Shown: one piece after another, positions 26,001-38,480 of the stretch
Layout of the letters: each line of letters opens with the position of its first letter
Numbering within the stretch: position 1 is the stretch's first letter
DNA from: Setoptus koraiensis
Taxonomy: Eukaryota; Animalia; Arthropoda
NCBI GenBank assembly: GCA_048013815.1
Contig: CM106586.1
Location: 12,834,223 to 12,898,000 of the forward strand
Direction of reading: 5' to 3'
DNA: 63,778 nt
The notes under the pieces: generated by a model
Seen by the model: the letters and a program-made list of their open reading frames with translations, nothing else
Told to the model about the DNA's origin: nothing
Databases searched by the model: none
Made by a program: the position numbers and the translations under genes

Positions 26001-29000
26001 AACGAGCTCTCATCGTCGTATGAGACTCATTGTGCGGCCATCAGTGGAAATAATAGCCAAACAACTATTTAGATGAGTAAAATCATTGCATTATTCATAA
26101 AAGTGACAGTTACAACGAAAGTGGGCAGAAATATTGAAACGTGCATTATGTGGGGCGCCCACACAAATATACGTGTATGATACGATAATTTGTATAATAC
26201 GAATGCCCGCAACCTTGGGGCCCAGCGGGTAACAATACGCACCAAATGGCTCGCCATTTGGTGCGTATTGTTATCCACTGCCCAACACAACTGGCGAGCC
26301 GATGCCGCAACCAAATCAAATTTTGCTCTCGCCAGCAGTCTGGCCAGTGGCCAGTGGCCAGTAATACTACATATGGCTCTCAGATAATAATGATGTTTCT
26401 GCTCACAACATACAATGTCATCACATAAGTCACCATCAGTTTCTCCGACTCCATTTATCATGTCCATTTAGAATGATCCAGTCACTGGATCCATCCAGTG
26501 GCCAGCTCAGCGGTTTATTATCCCGGTCTGGGCCCCACACAACTACTGTGTGCTGGGGCATGGTGCCAGTGTCGTCGTTGCGGGCACAGTCAACAAATCA
26601 AACAGCAAATGATTACGTGCAACAATGCCCAAATGGAAAGCCGCAGGCTCGAGCTGAGGTTTGGGGCCAATGGGCAACGGACAGTTGCGAGTTGCAACGA
26701 CACAGTGTCTCGATCACGCACACAACAAAAACTCTAATCCCGACAGAGAGTCAGACAGAGAGCCTCTGTCAAAGAGGGACAAAGTCACACAGAAAAGTAA
26801 ACAGTTAACCATTTTCAATTATGGCACACACACACACTCGCTATAAGTAGTATGTGTTTTTGGGGCACCCAACACACAAACTCCATCTTCTATTACGTAA
26901 TTCACTGCTGCTGCTGGCGGACTCCCGGCGGGCCCCAAACAATTTTGATCAACTTCCGCAACTGGCATAATCTCGCTTTTTCGGCTCGATGGCTGGCTGT
27001 GCCATTTCATTTGGGCCAGCTCCTTGTCGATCGCTTGATCTGGCTGCCGCTGATGATGACGACGACGACCCAGTTGGTCCTTTTAACTTGATCACCAACC
27101 GGCCACTTGATCGCATATCGTGCCACCACATCTTGTAGCATCCCATCGTATGGCACCGCATCTCATCTCGTCTCGAAGCCCGGCCTAACCAATTGGTGGC
27201 AAGACGCACACACTCGGGGCCCCGATGATTGGCCTTTTAACGAACCGGTCCCTTCGAGAGTTTCTGGTGAACGAGTGGGCGACTTTGCCCGAAATTGAGC
27301 CCCCTTCAGAGTCTGAACTTCAGACAACGAGCTCATCAGCTTGCAGCCGCCGACAACAACGACGATGAGGGCGGCGGTGGCGGCGGCGGCAATGAGGGCG
27401 AAATACAATTTCGTTTATAAAAGTTCAGCGATCCCGAGAGCCAGAAGTGGCCAAAAGACTCGAGTAAGTGTCGGCTCCTGTAGCCACTCGTAAAGCTCGT
27501 ATCGTTCAGCGGCCCCTGTGTCCATCATTAGGATAATGCCCAAAATAAGAGCAAGGAAATTCCTTGGCGGCGCCCACAGCACCAGCGATGTCTCGTACGT
27601 AACGGAGTATCGGTAATGCCGAGGCGGCGCCTCAACTGTTCAAGAGCTCACCTAATTCGCAGCATTTGGCGCTGCTGCACCAACAGTCTGTAGAGCTGTC
27701 ACTCTGATTAGGTGTGCCAGCTATCTAATTATTGCCAGAGTATCATGGACGTTGTTTATGTCCGGTCGTTGGGATTAATTAACTGGCACAATTTGTAAAC
27801 ACGTAGTGTGCCCAATCAGACAAACAGCGGCCAGAAAGTCAGCCGAGAAGGCAAAGGGGCGCCCTCTTTTTCTTTCAAACTACGCACTCCGTGGTGCAAA
27901 GTCTGTAGACTACAGCGGGCTGGGGACTTAGTGAAGATCGCCATGGAAACTGGTCTACATTAGTGTCACTTGTGCCAGAATTAATTACGGCCCAGCTAAA
28001 AACCCGCTCGCCGCCCCAGTTGAGGCTCGTCAGCGCGCTATTAGAGCTTCTGCAATGAATTTTCCAGTGAGGCCCGCGCGAATGGATGTTTTTTCCTCCT
28101 TTGTAAAGTCCAAGGAAGACCCCCATTCAGACTCTGAATTTCAGAGCCCCAGAATCAGGGGTGAACAAACGTCTGAGACTGGTCGATACACTGACACACA
28201 CAACGACTATTGCTGCATCAGATATGCCTATGTCTGTCACATTCAGCATTATCCTGGGGCGCCCCCGACGCACAAACTGCGCCATAAATCATGCCGTTTC
28301 ACTGGATAAAAGCAATGAAAGGATTGCTTTGTCCGACAATATATGCCTCTGTTCAGCGGGTCCCATCGCGGACAATTGCGCCGAGTTGATTTCATTTGCA
28401 TTGCAGCGCGCGTCAGGTTGCTTCGTATGAGAATGTGCGTGCCTGCGAACGCATAATTGCGTTTTATCTGATCTAGATCTGGCCCCAGTGTGCATTGCAA
28501 ATTTGAATACATATATGCTGCCTGTGTGCACATCATAAAGGAGATACGCAGATGAGTAGCAGCACCTTGGCGATTTACTATTACAACAGGCTAAACAAAC
28601 TAACAATTTTCAAGACACACGAGTGTGCTCTGGCGGGCGCTGACAGAATTGTTCACAAGTGTCATACTGAGGACCTGGCAAACTGAAAGATTTAATCTTA
28701 TCTCTGGCGAGACTGATTATTGATTTGAAGGCTGCATCTGCACACCTACAACAACAGCAGCAACAGCAACCACGGCAACAGCAACAACAACCACGCCAAA
28801 ACCAGCGGCGCCAGCGACAACAGCAACTGTATCAACATAAATGTAAATAGAGGCCCCTCATGCGGGCACCCATCGCTTTTCTATGCTTAATATTATTGTT
28901 ATTATTATGTGACACACCCTCGTTGGCATTGAATTCTTTCACTTTCCATTACTATCTAGTTACATTATACCATAAATCACTGTAATAGCATTATCACCCC

Positions 29001-30330
29001 CAAGTGGCAAACAACCAACGACTGGCTAGCTGTCGGGCCGGCATCCATTCGTGAGCGACCACGCAAAAGGTAGAGGCAAACACCGAAATGTTGCCGGCCT
29101 GTTGGCTGTCGAAATGGATGACGAAAATAACGGACTTTGAAAAAATTCCAGTATGCTCGTAGTTGAGCCGGCAACACAGTCCGAGCCACGCTGTTTGCTG
29201 TTGCTTGGTTCCTCTCGATCATTCGGTGCGAAAGGAACCAAAAACAAAACTAATCTGCTCTGAGTTCTCGAGCCGAAAATGAGCGATCCTGCAAGATAAC
29301 AGCGGATGATCGTCAGAGATAACAGAATTGGTGGTTGAAAGCAAATGTCGGACATCCAAAGGTCGGATTTTTTCTTTCTGTTGCTCTTTGCCAGCCATTC
29401 AGATCATTCAGAAATGGGTCGTTCAGATTATTTTGAAACAGTTTTCGCTTTTTTCCTGGCAATTCATGAAAGCATACCATGTTCTTCGGTTTTCATCACA
29501 CAAAAGATGCAGCTCCGTTGTTTTCGGCAGCAGCAAATTTGGCTTACAAGACGTTTCTAGGTAGGTTTGGTGTAACTACAAATTTCGCGAGTTATCAGTG
29601 AACCAGAAACACATTTCACTTGGCAGCCTCATTCTCTAATGATGATTCCTAATTATCCCCATGAGTGTAATATCTCCTGCAACCAGCTGATATTAGTCTG
29701 AATATTGATTTCGCATTTTGCTATTCGCAACTTTTCCACTAGCTGCCGATCTACTGGGGATTTGCAATGTACACTGTGTCACAGTGACTGTGAGCTGTTG
29801 GTCGGTATTCCTGATAATTTTCATTACCATTAATCAGCGACGAATGGCCTGATTAGCGAGTCTAATTGAAGCGCGAAGTCATCATGAATTATTCTAAACT
29901 CTATGGCGTAACAGTAGCGATCGTTTACGCCACCTAATAACGTTTGAACGAATCAATATTCTATTCAAATGAGCTATATAAATAGTGACATCAGAATAGA
30001 CGTCGCAAACATTGCAGGCTGGTCGGCAGCTAGAAACGCCGCAAACGATGATAAAACTGTGAGCTCCAAGAGACAGTTGACGGTGTTTTATCGTTAGTAG
30101 AAATGCAACGAAAGCGAAGTTATTCCATCGACACAATGAAAAATTTGTTTTTTTTTTGTGTTTTGAGATGGCACAATGGGGCCGGCATTGATTGGGGTAT
30201 GAGATATAGTAAAAAAAAAGACTCTGGGCCTCTCCGCAGACTCGGCCACTAGAGGGCGGAAAATTTTCTAAAGAATTGTCCGTTTTTTATTGTTTGCGGA
30301 ACAAAGGATACCAGTCAAGTCGGTCATGGT

Positions 30331-31358
30331 CTACTTGATTATATGGTGCGCTGCTGGCTGTTGTTGCGCGTTATATAAATTATTGTAGATGCTCAATTCG
30401 GACATTTGTTGTGCCTCGCCGGGATATTTCTCCTGCGCGCCGTAGTGTACTGGACCGTCAGACTCGTAAATCATTGGCTCAAGCTGATGCGGATATTCGC
30501 CAGTTGAGGCCTCGTCTTGTTTCACGGGCGCCGACTGAGGCCCGCGATAATCGTGGTAATGTTGTTTTGTCTGAGTATGAGGAATGTAGTCAACTGAATC
30601 CTCCTGGTATTGTTGCTGTTGCTCCTGCTGGTAGTTAGGAAAAGAAGGGTGAGCCAGACTTTCTTGGTTGTATCGTTGTCTGTTCGCCAGTTCTAGTATG
30701 CTCATAAAATCCTGGGATTGTCCGTTACTTTTGTATGCTGAGTTGTCATGGCCCGAACTGGTCACCGGATATGAGGCGGGCTGATAGCTGCTGGCCAAGT
30801 TAGTTGGTTCATAGTCGGATGTAGCTGTACCACTTTGTTGATAGCCTTCACTGGATTGTGTCTGGTGTTTTACGGTGATTGGATATTGAAAAAAAAAACA
30901 GAAACGAAAGCTCGGTTTTAGTCTGACAAGTTTGACTTATCAATTGATGACGAATTGACGTCGAGCGACAGCGACCTCATTTGCATCCGAGCTACTTACA
31001 GACCATAACAGTGGCAAGTATTGTCGGCCAATCAGCCGATACAGCGACGTTGTTTGTGGCGGCGGATATTGGTGAGACGAAAACAGCGCAGCCGCTCCAA
31101 ATGAGCTTCCGGTGGCCAATAGGACAATTGTGCACAAACACTAGAGCGATGTAGAGACGGCGAATGTTATAAGATTGCCATGTTCAAATTATTGTATCGA
31201 TGTTGTTTTGTGTTCTTGTATTGTAATTAGACAAAATTATTTTTGCATAAATACACTGTATAAACACATTGCATAAACACATTGCATAAATACATTGCAT
31301 AAATACGTTTAATAAATACATTGTTTAAATTACTCACTGATTTGAGATCGAGAAACAT
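30331..31358 (-). CDS. Orphan secreted Q/Y/S/H-rich protein, 230 aa; exons 31358-31338, 31140-31000, 30861-30331
   Basis: MFLDLKS|CLCTIVLLATGSSFG is a signal peptide. Donors GTGAGT (31337) and GTAAGT (30999) and pyrimidine-rich AG acceptors (31141, 30862) are all phase 0, and exon lengths sum to 693 nt. Confidence 0.75.
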
Positions 31359-32094
31359 GATGAAATACAGTTGCTGTGGTCCCTTTTGAACTAGCTCAAT
31401 CAATAGTTATACTGTCTATCAATTGGCCCGATTTTGAAATAACTGAAATGAACGCGACTACTGAGCACCATTGATGAAATCGTTTCCTTTTATACCCCAT
31501 GGCTCGACACAAAATAACGCTCGATTGTAACGGTTTGCGATCATGAGAGTCTGGTTCCGTTTATTAACCATTTACTATGTTTTCATGATAATGATCTAGA
31601 CAGGTAGTGCTGGTTCGACCTGGCCAGCGATCGGCGCAAAAGGCCAGCTACAAAACAGCTCTAGACGCCGATGAAAATGTGGCTAGACATCGCTAATATC
31701 GAATACGAACAAACACTTTCAAGTTCTTTTAAGTAGCAACGATAATGAGCAAAGATTCAAGAAGCGACTAGACAACCTGTGTCGCTTGTCACCTTCGGCA
31801 AGCTACAGCTAATGAGCGACAGCGTACATTCTGTTTCGAGGCTGTTTCCGTTATGAGCAGGCTCCATCGGCGAGCCAATCCTCGATCGGCAACCATGTTT
31901 GCGTATCTATGTTGAACACACAGACACATAAATAAATAACGGTCTTCCCATTGGCGGCATCAAGGCATCGAGCTTGTGTGTTTGGCGAGACTCAAGCGAC
32001 TCATAAACAGCAGACGACTCAATTTGAGCTGACCATTGAGGCAGCGATTGTGTGTGAAATAATACAGTACAACTTGTACATACATTCCCAATAA

Positions 32095-32125
<31 letters not shown>

Positions 32126-33864
32126 AATAATAATTATGATGTCAGATAATTAGGGAAGTCAGCTTTGGATGCACCTGTTGTTAGATACAATCACGCAAAC
32201 AATTATTGCCCATGTAATTATATGCACAATGGCGACCGGTGAGCACACCGACAACTACAACTTCAATTTGTTATGGTCAAGCGACTCAACTGTCACAGAC
32301 AGCTGTCTGGAAGCTGCCTTGCAACTGTTAGCTAACTGTGACTAGAAAATTGATTATGTAATGCTGTTTTTGTGTTGTTTGTTGCCTGTTCCATCATGGA
32401 ACATCTTCGCTAGTGACAACACATACACACACAAACACGACGCCTGTCGGCCAATCAAATGTTGTTGCCGAGACACTGTGAAAACAACATTTGACAGTCG
32501 CAACTTTTGTTGCACCACTTTGTAAATGGCAAATGGCGCGACACAAACATTACCATTGACATCACAATCACAACAACTTGCTGCCGCTTGTCTTATCGAC
32601 ACTGATAAATCTAATCTTTGCCCATCAATGCGAGTGATGACTTTGACGAGGCTCACTCACTCTCTCTCTCCATCTATCTCTTTCTATATCACATTAACAT
32701 TTACATGACCACTCTGCCCGATGTATAATGAGTAAATTGAGAATAAATATCAAGTCAAAAGGATCAATGCACTGGGTATCGATCGGCAACGCGATAACTT
32801 ATCTTGATTGATACAACACACAATTGCTAATCTTTCGGCGTACAATACTAATTACCTTAATACCTCACCGATACATGGAAAAATTTTTAAAAACAAGTTT
32901 GTCTAAATTGTTAATTAGATCCAGCTACTGCATTGGCTACTGTGGATTTATCCAATGTTTGCCATCATCAGGCTATGTGTTTATTCGACCAAAAGAGAGA
33001 GATCTGTTTTCATGAACAATGATAACTAGCGCATCTTCAGCTCAAATTTGAAAATTTTAATCTGTCCACAGCTCAATAAGCCACTCACAAATCAGCAACG
33101 ATTGATGAAGAAGTCTTGCCAACCTTGATCGTCACCAATAATCACGTGGTATATTATCGATAAAAATGTACTCTCCAAGGTCGATCGCCTATCGACCACT
33201 TCGTCCGTAATGGTTCACCTTTCAATACGGATCGTTTATTATGGTCATCATTTGACGTATCACACACGCTCTTGTTGTATTTGACGCCAAAATGAACCAT
33301 CTTTATATCAGGTTATCAGTCTTTCTCTTGTATCGATCGCAATCTAATCATCATAATCGGAGGCAACCTCCAGTTAATGCTGAAGAAGATAAGACAATGT
33401 ATCGATACCCGTCACTTTCTGTAAATTCACACACATTTACACAGTGGGCACAAGATCCAGCACACTCTGTTGAAAATTCAAAAGCCCTTGAAAGAAAATG
33501 TTGATATCAATAAATAATTTACTTGTGCCTCATTACTGTCTATAACTCTGGATATTCGATCATCTAATATACACCATTGATTAATCTCAATCTTAGAATT
33601 TTATATACACATATATAAATTAAATAAATATACAATCACGTCGTTCTGTCTCTATTTTATCTATCATGCTATATCAATGACTATGCAATGTGTTAGCGAA
33701 TGATTATAGTCGTCACAAGACACGCTAATCAATCAAAGGTGCTGTATGGATAGACGGTAGAAAATTGAAAGATTCTATTCAATGTGACTTGAAAGCAACT
33801 ATGGTCATTGGTATCAATAAGATTCCTCCTAATTGATCGATCTTAATCAACGCTCACAAACACC

Positions 33865-35742
33865 ATGTCCTCAAAAGATTCATCAATTTTATCAAGAACC
33901 ATACGCAAGGGAAAAAGTGATACTGACGTTTTTAAGTTCATCATCTATTTTTATATCATTCATGCTCTGACATTACAAAACTTGAGTTTGGCTGACATCA
34001 TATTTGTAAGTACATAACAATCAGTGTCCAAAGAGAAAATTCTTCGCTAAAATACGTTCTCATCGTTCAATACCTTACTTTAATACTCACTTTAATTATA
34101 TTCTATATTATATGGCACAAAATAGATATCGAAGAATAACAAAACGGAAGCCATCTTTGAAAATACAGATTTACCTTTTGGAAAGTTGACCTACGTAGGT
34201 TTGAGGGTATGTGTAATGGAATAGCACCTTGTAATATGTTGATTGAGGCTAATCTTGTATGTCCGTACTAATAGATTGAAAACTGCCCCCACCTATACTC
34301 TACAGGGTAAGATAAAGGTCGCTGAGCCTGACGAATATGCATGTTCACCTATCACGCCACCTCCAATCAAGAATGGTGATCCGTGGCGAAAAGAGAATTG
34401 GATTGCCTTAATTAGAAGATCATCTTGTTCGTTTGAGGTTAAAGTAAGAATGGCCATGATGTCCAACTATCAAGCCGTGATAATTCAAAATCATCAGGAT
34501 TCATCGATGAAGACAACCATTTTAGATATCATAGGAATTCCGTCAGAAGCAGCTAATCGAAATATTGACAATAACTACGGCGATAATGTTCTCAGAAGAA
34601 AAGACACTCAATCAATACCCACTAATCAAAACAATGGTACAAAGACCACATATACAATTGCAGACGCTGATGAGTTTGTGCGCGGGTCTCAAGTGAATAT
34701 ACCGGCGGTTATGGTTACCTATCTAGACGGTTTCCTCATTCGAGAACACTATATCAGTTCTCCCAAGGACTACACAATCATCTTGGCAGCAAGGTAAACA
34801 CATGACGTTCATTGTCAATAATTTACTATCCGCAAATGAACTTTTGAACAAGTAACTCATATACTAATTGCCTGAGAAACTCCATCACTATTGTTGATCC
34901 CTTTAAAACTAATTTAACATATATACAAACTACGATTCTAGTAGCAATGAACTGCCATTAAGTGCCTATTTTTTCCCGTTCACAACGGTGTTTGTAGTCT
35001 GCCTATTCATAGTCGGCACCTTCATCGTAAGTAGAGTATCTTATAATGTTTTGTCACAACAGTACATCACAATCATCATAACTTTGTGCCTCTATTGTGA
35101 CTTTGTCCAGATTATTAAATTTTCAGGCAGCAGCAGGCGTCGAAAGCGGCGTAGGCTCAGCACCAAGGACCTGAAACAATTGAAAACTTTAAGATACTCT
35201 CTAGACATGTCCTGCAAATACGAAACTTGCGCTATTTGCATCGAAGACTATAGAGAAGGCGACCAACTACGAGTATTGCCATGCCACCACGGTGAGTTTC
35301 ATTTTTGCCCAGTTAAATATCGTTTATCAGTGATCACCATAGAGACCAAGTAAACTGATTTGTTTATATCTTGTTTTCAGCATTCCACGCAAAATGCGTC
35401 GATCCTTGGCTCACAGGAAACCGTTGCGTCTGTCCTATTTGTAACGCCAGAGTCAATTATAGTTGCATCAGGACGGACTCAGATTTTTCGGGTCCCGGAC
35501 ACGGCATCAGATTTGGTCAACAGGATCGTAATGTCGAGGGTGTTGATGGTGGCATCAATAGATCAGCTCAAACCACTGGCCATACCAATAATTGCAATAG
35601 AAGCCCTAGTCATCATGAAAACACGCCACTCCTTCAAGGGAGAGCGAATTCTACTTCACTGTCCACCACAATACACAGTAACTCCATATCTCCTTCTCGT
35701 ACTAATCGCTACGTTATGATGCCAAAAGATATACTAGCATAG
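33865..35742 (+). CDS. RNF13: PA-TM-RING E3 ubiquitin ligase, RNF13/RNF167/Godzilla type, 441 aa; exons 33865-34005, 34126-34194, 34306-34793, 34942-35026, 35111-35291, 35381-35742
   Basis: Signal peptide, PA domain (EPDEYACSPITPPP...IALIRRSSCSFEVKVRMA), TM (YFFPFTTVFVVCLFIV), RING-H2 (CAICIEDY...LPCHHAFHAKCVDPWL...CPIC). All five GT-AG introns are phase-compatible. Confidence 0.92.
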
Positions 35743-35817
35743 CTGTTTATTAGAAAATATAGCCGCTGTTATATCTCTTCTTTTTTTAGATTTTCAATTT
35801 TAAATCATCAACCATCA

Positions 35818-36266
35818 TCATTGAAGGCACATTCCCGTCAGCCTAACTATACCCGGACCAACAATAAAGTAGGCAACCTGTTCGCCTGCTTGAATTATAA
35901 AGTCTAATTTCATTTGGGGCGCTTTGCCTTCCTCGAGAACGGCTATGATACTCTCATTGAAATTGTGTTCCACAACTACAACAGTCAATCCATTATGTCG
36001 TTTTTGTTTATCAATATTGTAACTATCACAGGCTCCATGAATTTGTATCTTGGCGTTCGGTTGCAAGCTGGCCAAACTAATCTGATAATTGGCAGTGGCG
36101 GTGTGCGAGTATCTTTTGCCCTCTCTTAGAGTCAAGGCTGTTTAGGTGGTCATGATTATTTAGGTGACAAGATTGATGAGAACGGATGATAAAACAACAG
36201 TTCAGAGAAGCCTTTGATCTAGGCAATTCGAGAGTATCCATAGGGAGGCTACTTACACCAATCCAT
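35818..36266 (-). CDS. Stand-alone nucleoplasmin-like (NPL, FKBP39/HD-tuin type) domain protein, 109 aa; exons 36266-36257 and 36137-35818
   Basis: MDWS-LTLREGKRYSHTATANYQISLASL...Q-MKLDFIIQAGEQVAYFIVGPGIVRLTG follows the NPL pattern. GTAAGT donor and CAG acceptor are both phase 1. Confidence 0.75.
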
Positions 36267-36752
36267 TGTGGGTCGCAAAAATTTCTGTCAGAATGCCGGT
36301 TGGTTGTAAAGAGCCAACGCACGTGATATTCCTACGCAGTAAACTGTGTTCTGAATAATGATTGTAATAAATTTTATCCTTATAAAACAAGTGTGTCTCC
36401 AATAATTGGCCGGTCACAAGGCTAAAGAAAAATGTTATGTAATTTTGGACATGTCGCAACGTGCTCTCAGAGTGATGGTTTATCGGGATACGGTCGAAAC
36501 ATGGATCTTGGCGTGACACCGACACGCCAAAACATCGCCGAGTAAACATCACGAATAACAATAGAGCGCATGCACAGAAATGCGCTTTGAATAGCGCGCC
36601 ATGAACTAAAACTATCTGATGTCACGTGTGTCTTGGCTCGACCACAAACAAGAGATAACTAATCCCATCACTGTCTTTCCAACTATTGGCTATTGGTTAC
36701 CACAATTATAGTAAACACGTAACTAATTGGCCCAGTCGGGCCCCTGCCAAAA

Positions 36753-37376
36753 ATGCTGTACCGCAGCTTGTATAGGACCGTAGCGAAACAATCCAATGGC
36801 ATCAAAAGGATTTGGCTGGACAATTTGCACATGAGAACCTTCATATCACGTCCCGAACCTCGTCACATAGTCCCAAAGAAGGTAATCCAAGAGACGCCCG
36901 AAGGATATGAATTGTTGTACTATGGCTCTTCTGGGCCCTCTGTAGCCAGAACTAACCTTGCACTATACGCTATATCCGCCTTGTTTACCACAGCGCCAAT
37001 AGGCGTGGGCGCGATAGGAGGTATGGACATGATCATGGACTTATTGACAAAATATCCCGATTTACAATATGGTGCAGTCGCTTTAGTGATGCATGCCATT
37101 TTTCTTATAAGATTGTCTGGAAAATATATTCTCAGAATATATCAGCGTGTCGATGATCCTAGCTCATTTAAGTTAATAACTGTGAACACAATGAACCCTT
37201 TTAGCGAGAGGCGGATATTTTTCACAACAAATGATATCAAACTAAGCAATACCATGCTCACATTTGTAGTTGGCACGCAGCTTACCATTAGAAATAGTCA
37301 TTACATAATTAATAGGCGTGAATTTGTTACTATGAGGCATTACACTAAATTCTTCAAAAATACAAATTATACATAA
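36753..37376 (+). CDS. Mitochondrial inner-membrane protein, TMEM70/TMEM186/TMEM223 family (closest to TMEM70 by eye)
   Basis: Arg/Ser-rich presequence, LLYYG...two TM helices...KYILRIY...FTTNDI layout resembles TMEM70. Confidence 0.6.
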   Translation: MLYRSLYRTVAKQSNGIKRIWLDNLHMRTFISRPEPRHIVPKKVIQETPEGYELLYYGSSGPSVARTNLALYAISALFTTAPIGVGAIGGMDMIMDLLTKYPDLQYGAVALVMHAIFLIRLSGKYILRIYQRVDDPSSFKLITVNTMNPFSERRIFFTTNDIKLSNTMLTFVVGTQLTIRNSHYIINRREFVTMRHYTKFFKNTNYT

Positions 37377-37622
37377 TATACAAACTATACTAAATATCAC
37401 GTGATTCGCGGAAAAAACATCATGTGACTTCATATCCGGTTTTTGTCGTCTGATGCGATGCTCGTATCATTGATCGAATAACATGCATGCACGCATAATT
37501 GCTGATGGATTAGCCAATATATCAACTCATCAACTCTCATTGAGTTAATTTTTTAGATACCGACTTCTAAAATTTTCACCGTTGGCCTCAGTCACATTCC
37601 AAGTGTGCTTCTGATTGGCTGG

Positions 37623-38087
37623 ATGGTACCCCCACTACTATTATTAGTTCTGGTCTCCAGCTGGGCTTCTGTTGGTTTTTCCAAGTCGATTGATGTCGTT
37701 ATCAATAATACACTAGTCGCAACTAATGGGCGAATAATAAATACGACACCGATCGAGGATATAACACAATCAGTAACTTCGGCTACATGGGATGCAAAAA
37801 AGGTCTCAGATTGGCATCTGTCACAAGTGGCAACCTTCGATCCTCATAAAATCCCGTGGCCCGAACCACCAGCTTGGATACTCAAGCGTGGACCCCCCAA
37901 AGAAAACGAAGTGATGGCGACATTTCAAACAATAGACCAAAATGATTTAAGGGTTCCTCCGATAGATATATCGGGATCCAACTCCAATATCCTCCCCTCA
38001 CCACTAAGCATATTTGCTATCCAACTCATTATATTTATTTTTACAATAATAGTCGAAACCTCCAGTCACTTTAATATTACACTTTAG
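37623..38087 (+). CDS. Orphan protein with signal peptide and hydrophobic C-terminus (probable GPI anchor)
   Basis: MVPPLLLLVLVSSWASVG signal peptide; C-terminal small-residue stretch GSNS followed by LSIFAIQLIIFIFTIIV. Confidence 0.7.
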   Translation: MVPPLLLLVLVSSWASVGFSKSIDVVINNTLVATNGRIINTTPIEDITQSVTSATWDAKKVSDWHLSQVATFDPHKIPWPEPPAWILKRGPPKENEVMATFQTIDQNDLRVPPIDISGSNSNILPSPLSIFAIQLIIFIFTIIVETSSHFNITL

Positions 38088-38243
38088 GCACACTTATATG
38101 TCAAAAGTAAAGTAAGGAAAGCATCATCTGACTATTATACGTCGGACAAGCGTTGTTCTGAGTGGTCTTTTCCCAACGATCTAAGCACCTTGTTTCTGTC
38201 GATATTTGGGTGTTGGTTTGGAATATTCGCCGCACTTTTCGAT

Positions 38244-38253
38244 TATATAAAAG
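38244..38253 (+). promoter_or_regulatory. TATA-box-like element of secreted-peptide paralog 1 (copy at 39301-39308 for paralog 2)
   Basis: TATATAAAAG / TATAAAAG conserved in both duplicates about 240 bp upstream of the ATG. Confidence 0.5.
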
Positions 38254-38480
38254 CTAAAAATAAGTACAGTCTTTTCGTTGATAATCTGACATTTAATTGT
38301 GGACATCGGTGTGTGACGTTTGTCGATTCGAGTACAAGCGAAAAATTGCTATTCATATCTCGCATTCAACAAGTTAACTATTACCATCAATAGACAAAGC
38401 AGTCCAGGCGATAGTTAATTACGATCGGAATAATTTCATTGATTTGCAATTTAATTTAAACAACAGCAATCATCTCAAAG

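Noticed and set aside
12716-29560. Many 60-330 aa ORFs in the GC-rich block (e.g. 23243-24223, 22831-23496, 21703-22347)
   Set aside because: Mostly non-ATG starts, overlapping in several frames, driven by microsatellites and low stop frequency; no domain recognised.
12000-30000. Conserved arthropod microRNA hairpins
   Set aside because: No mature sequence of a well-known conserved miRNA was recognised by eye; a miRBase/Infernal scan would be needed to exclude them.
33155-33162. TATCGATA (DRE-like) site upstream of RNF13
   Set aside because: The same 8-mer occurs inside coding sequence elsewhere in the window; no TSS information to support function.
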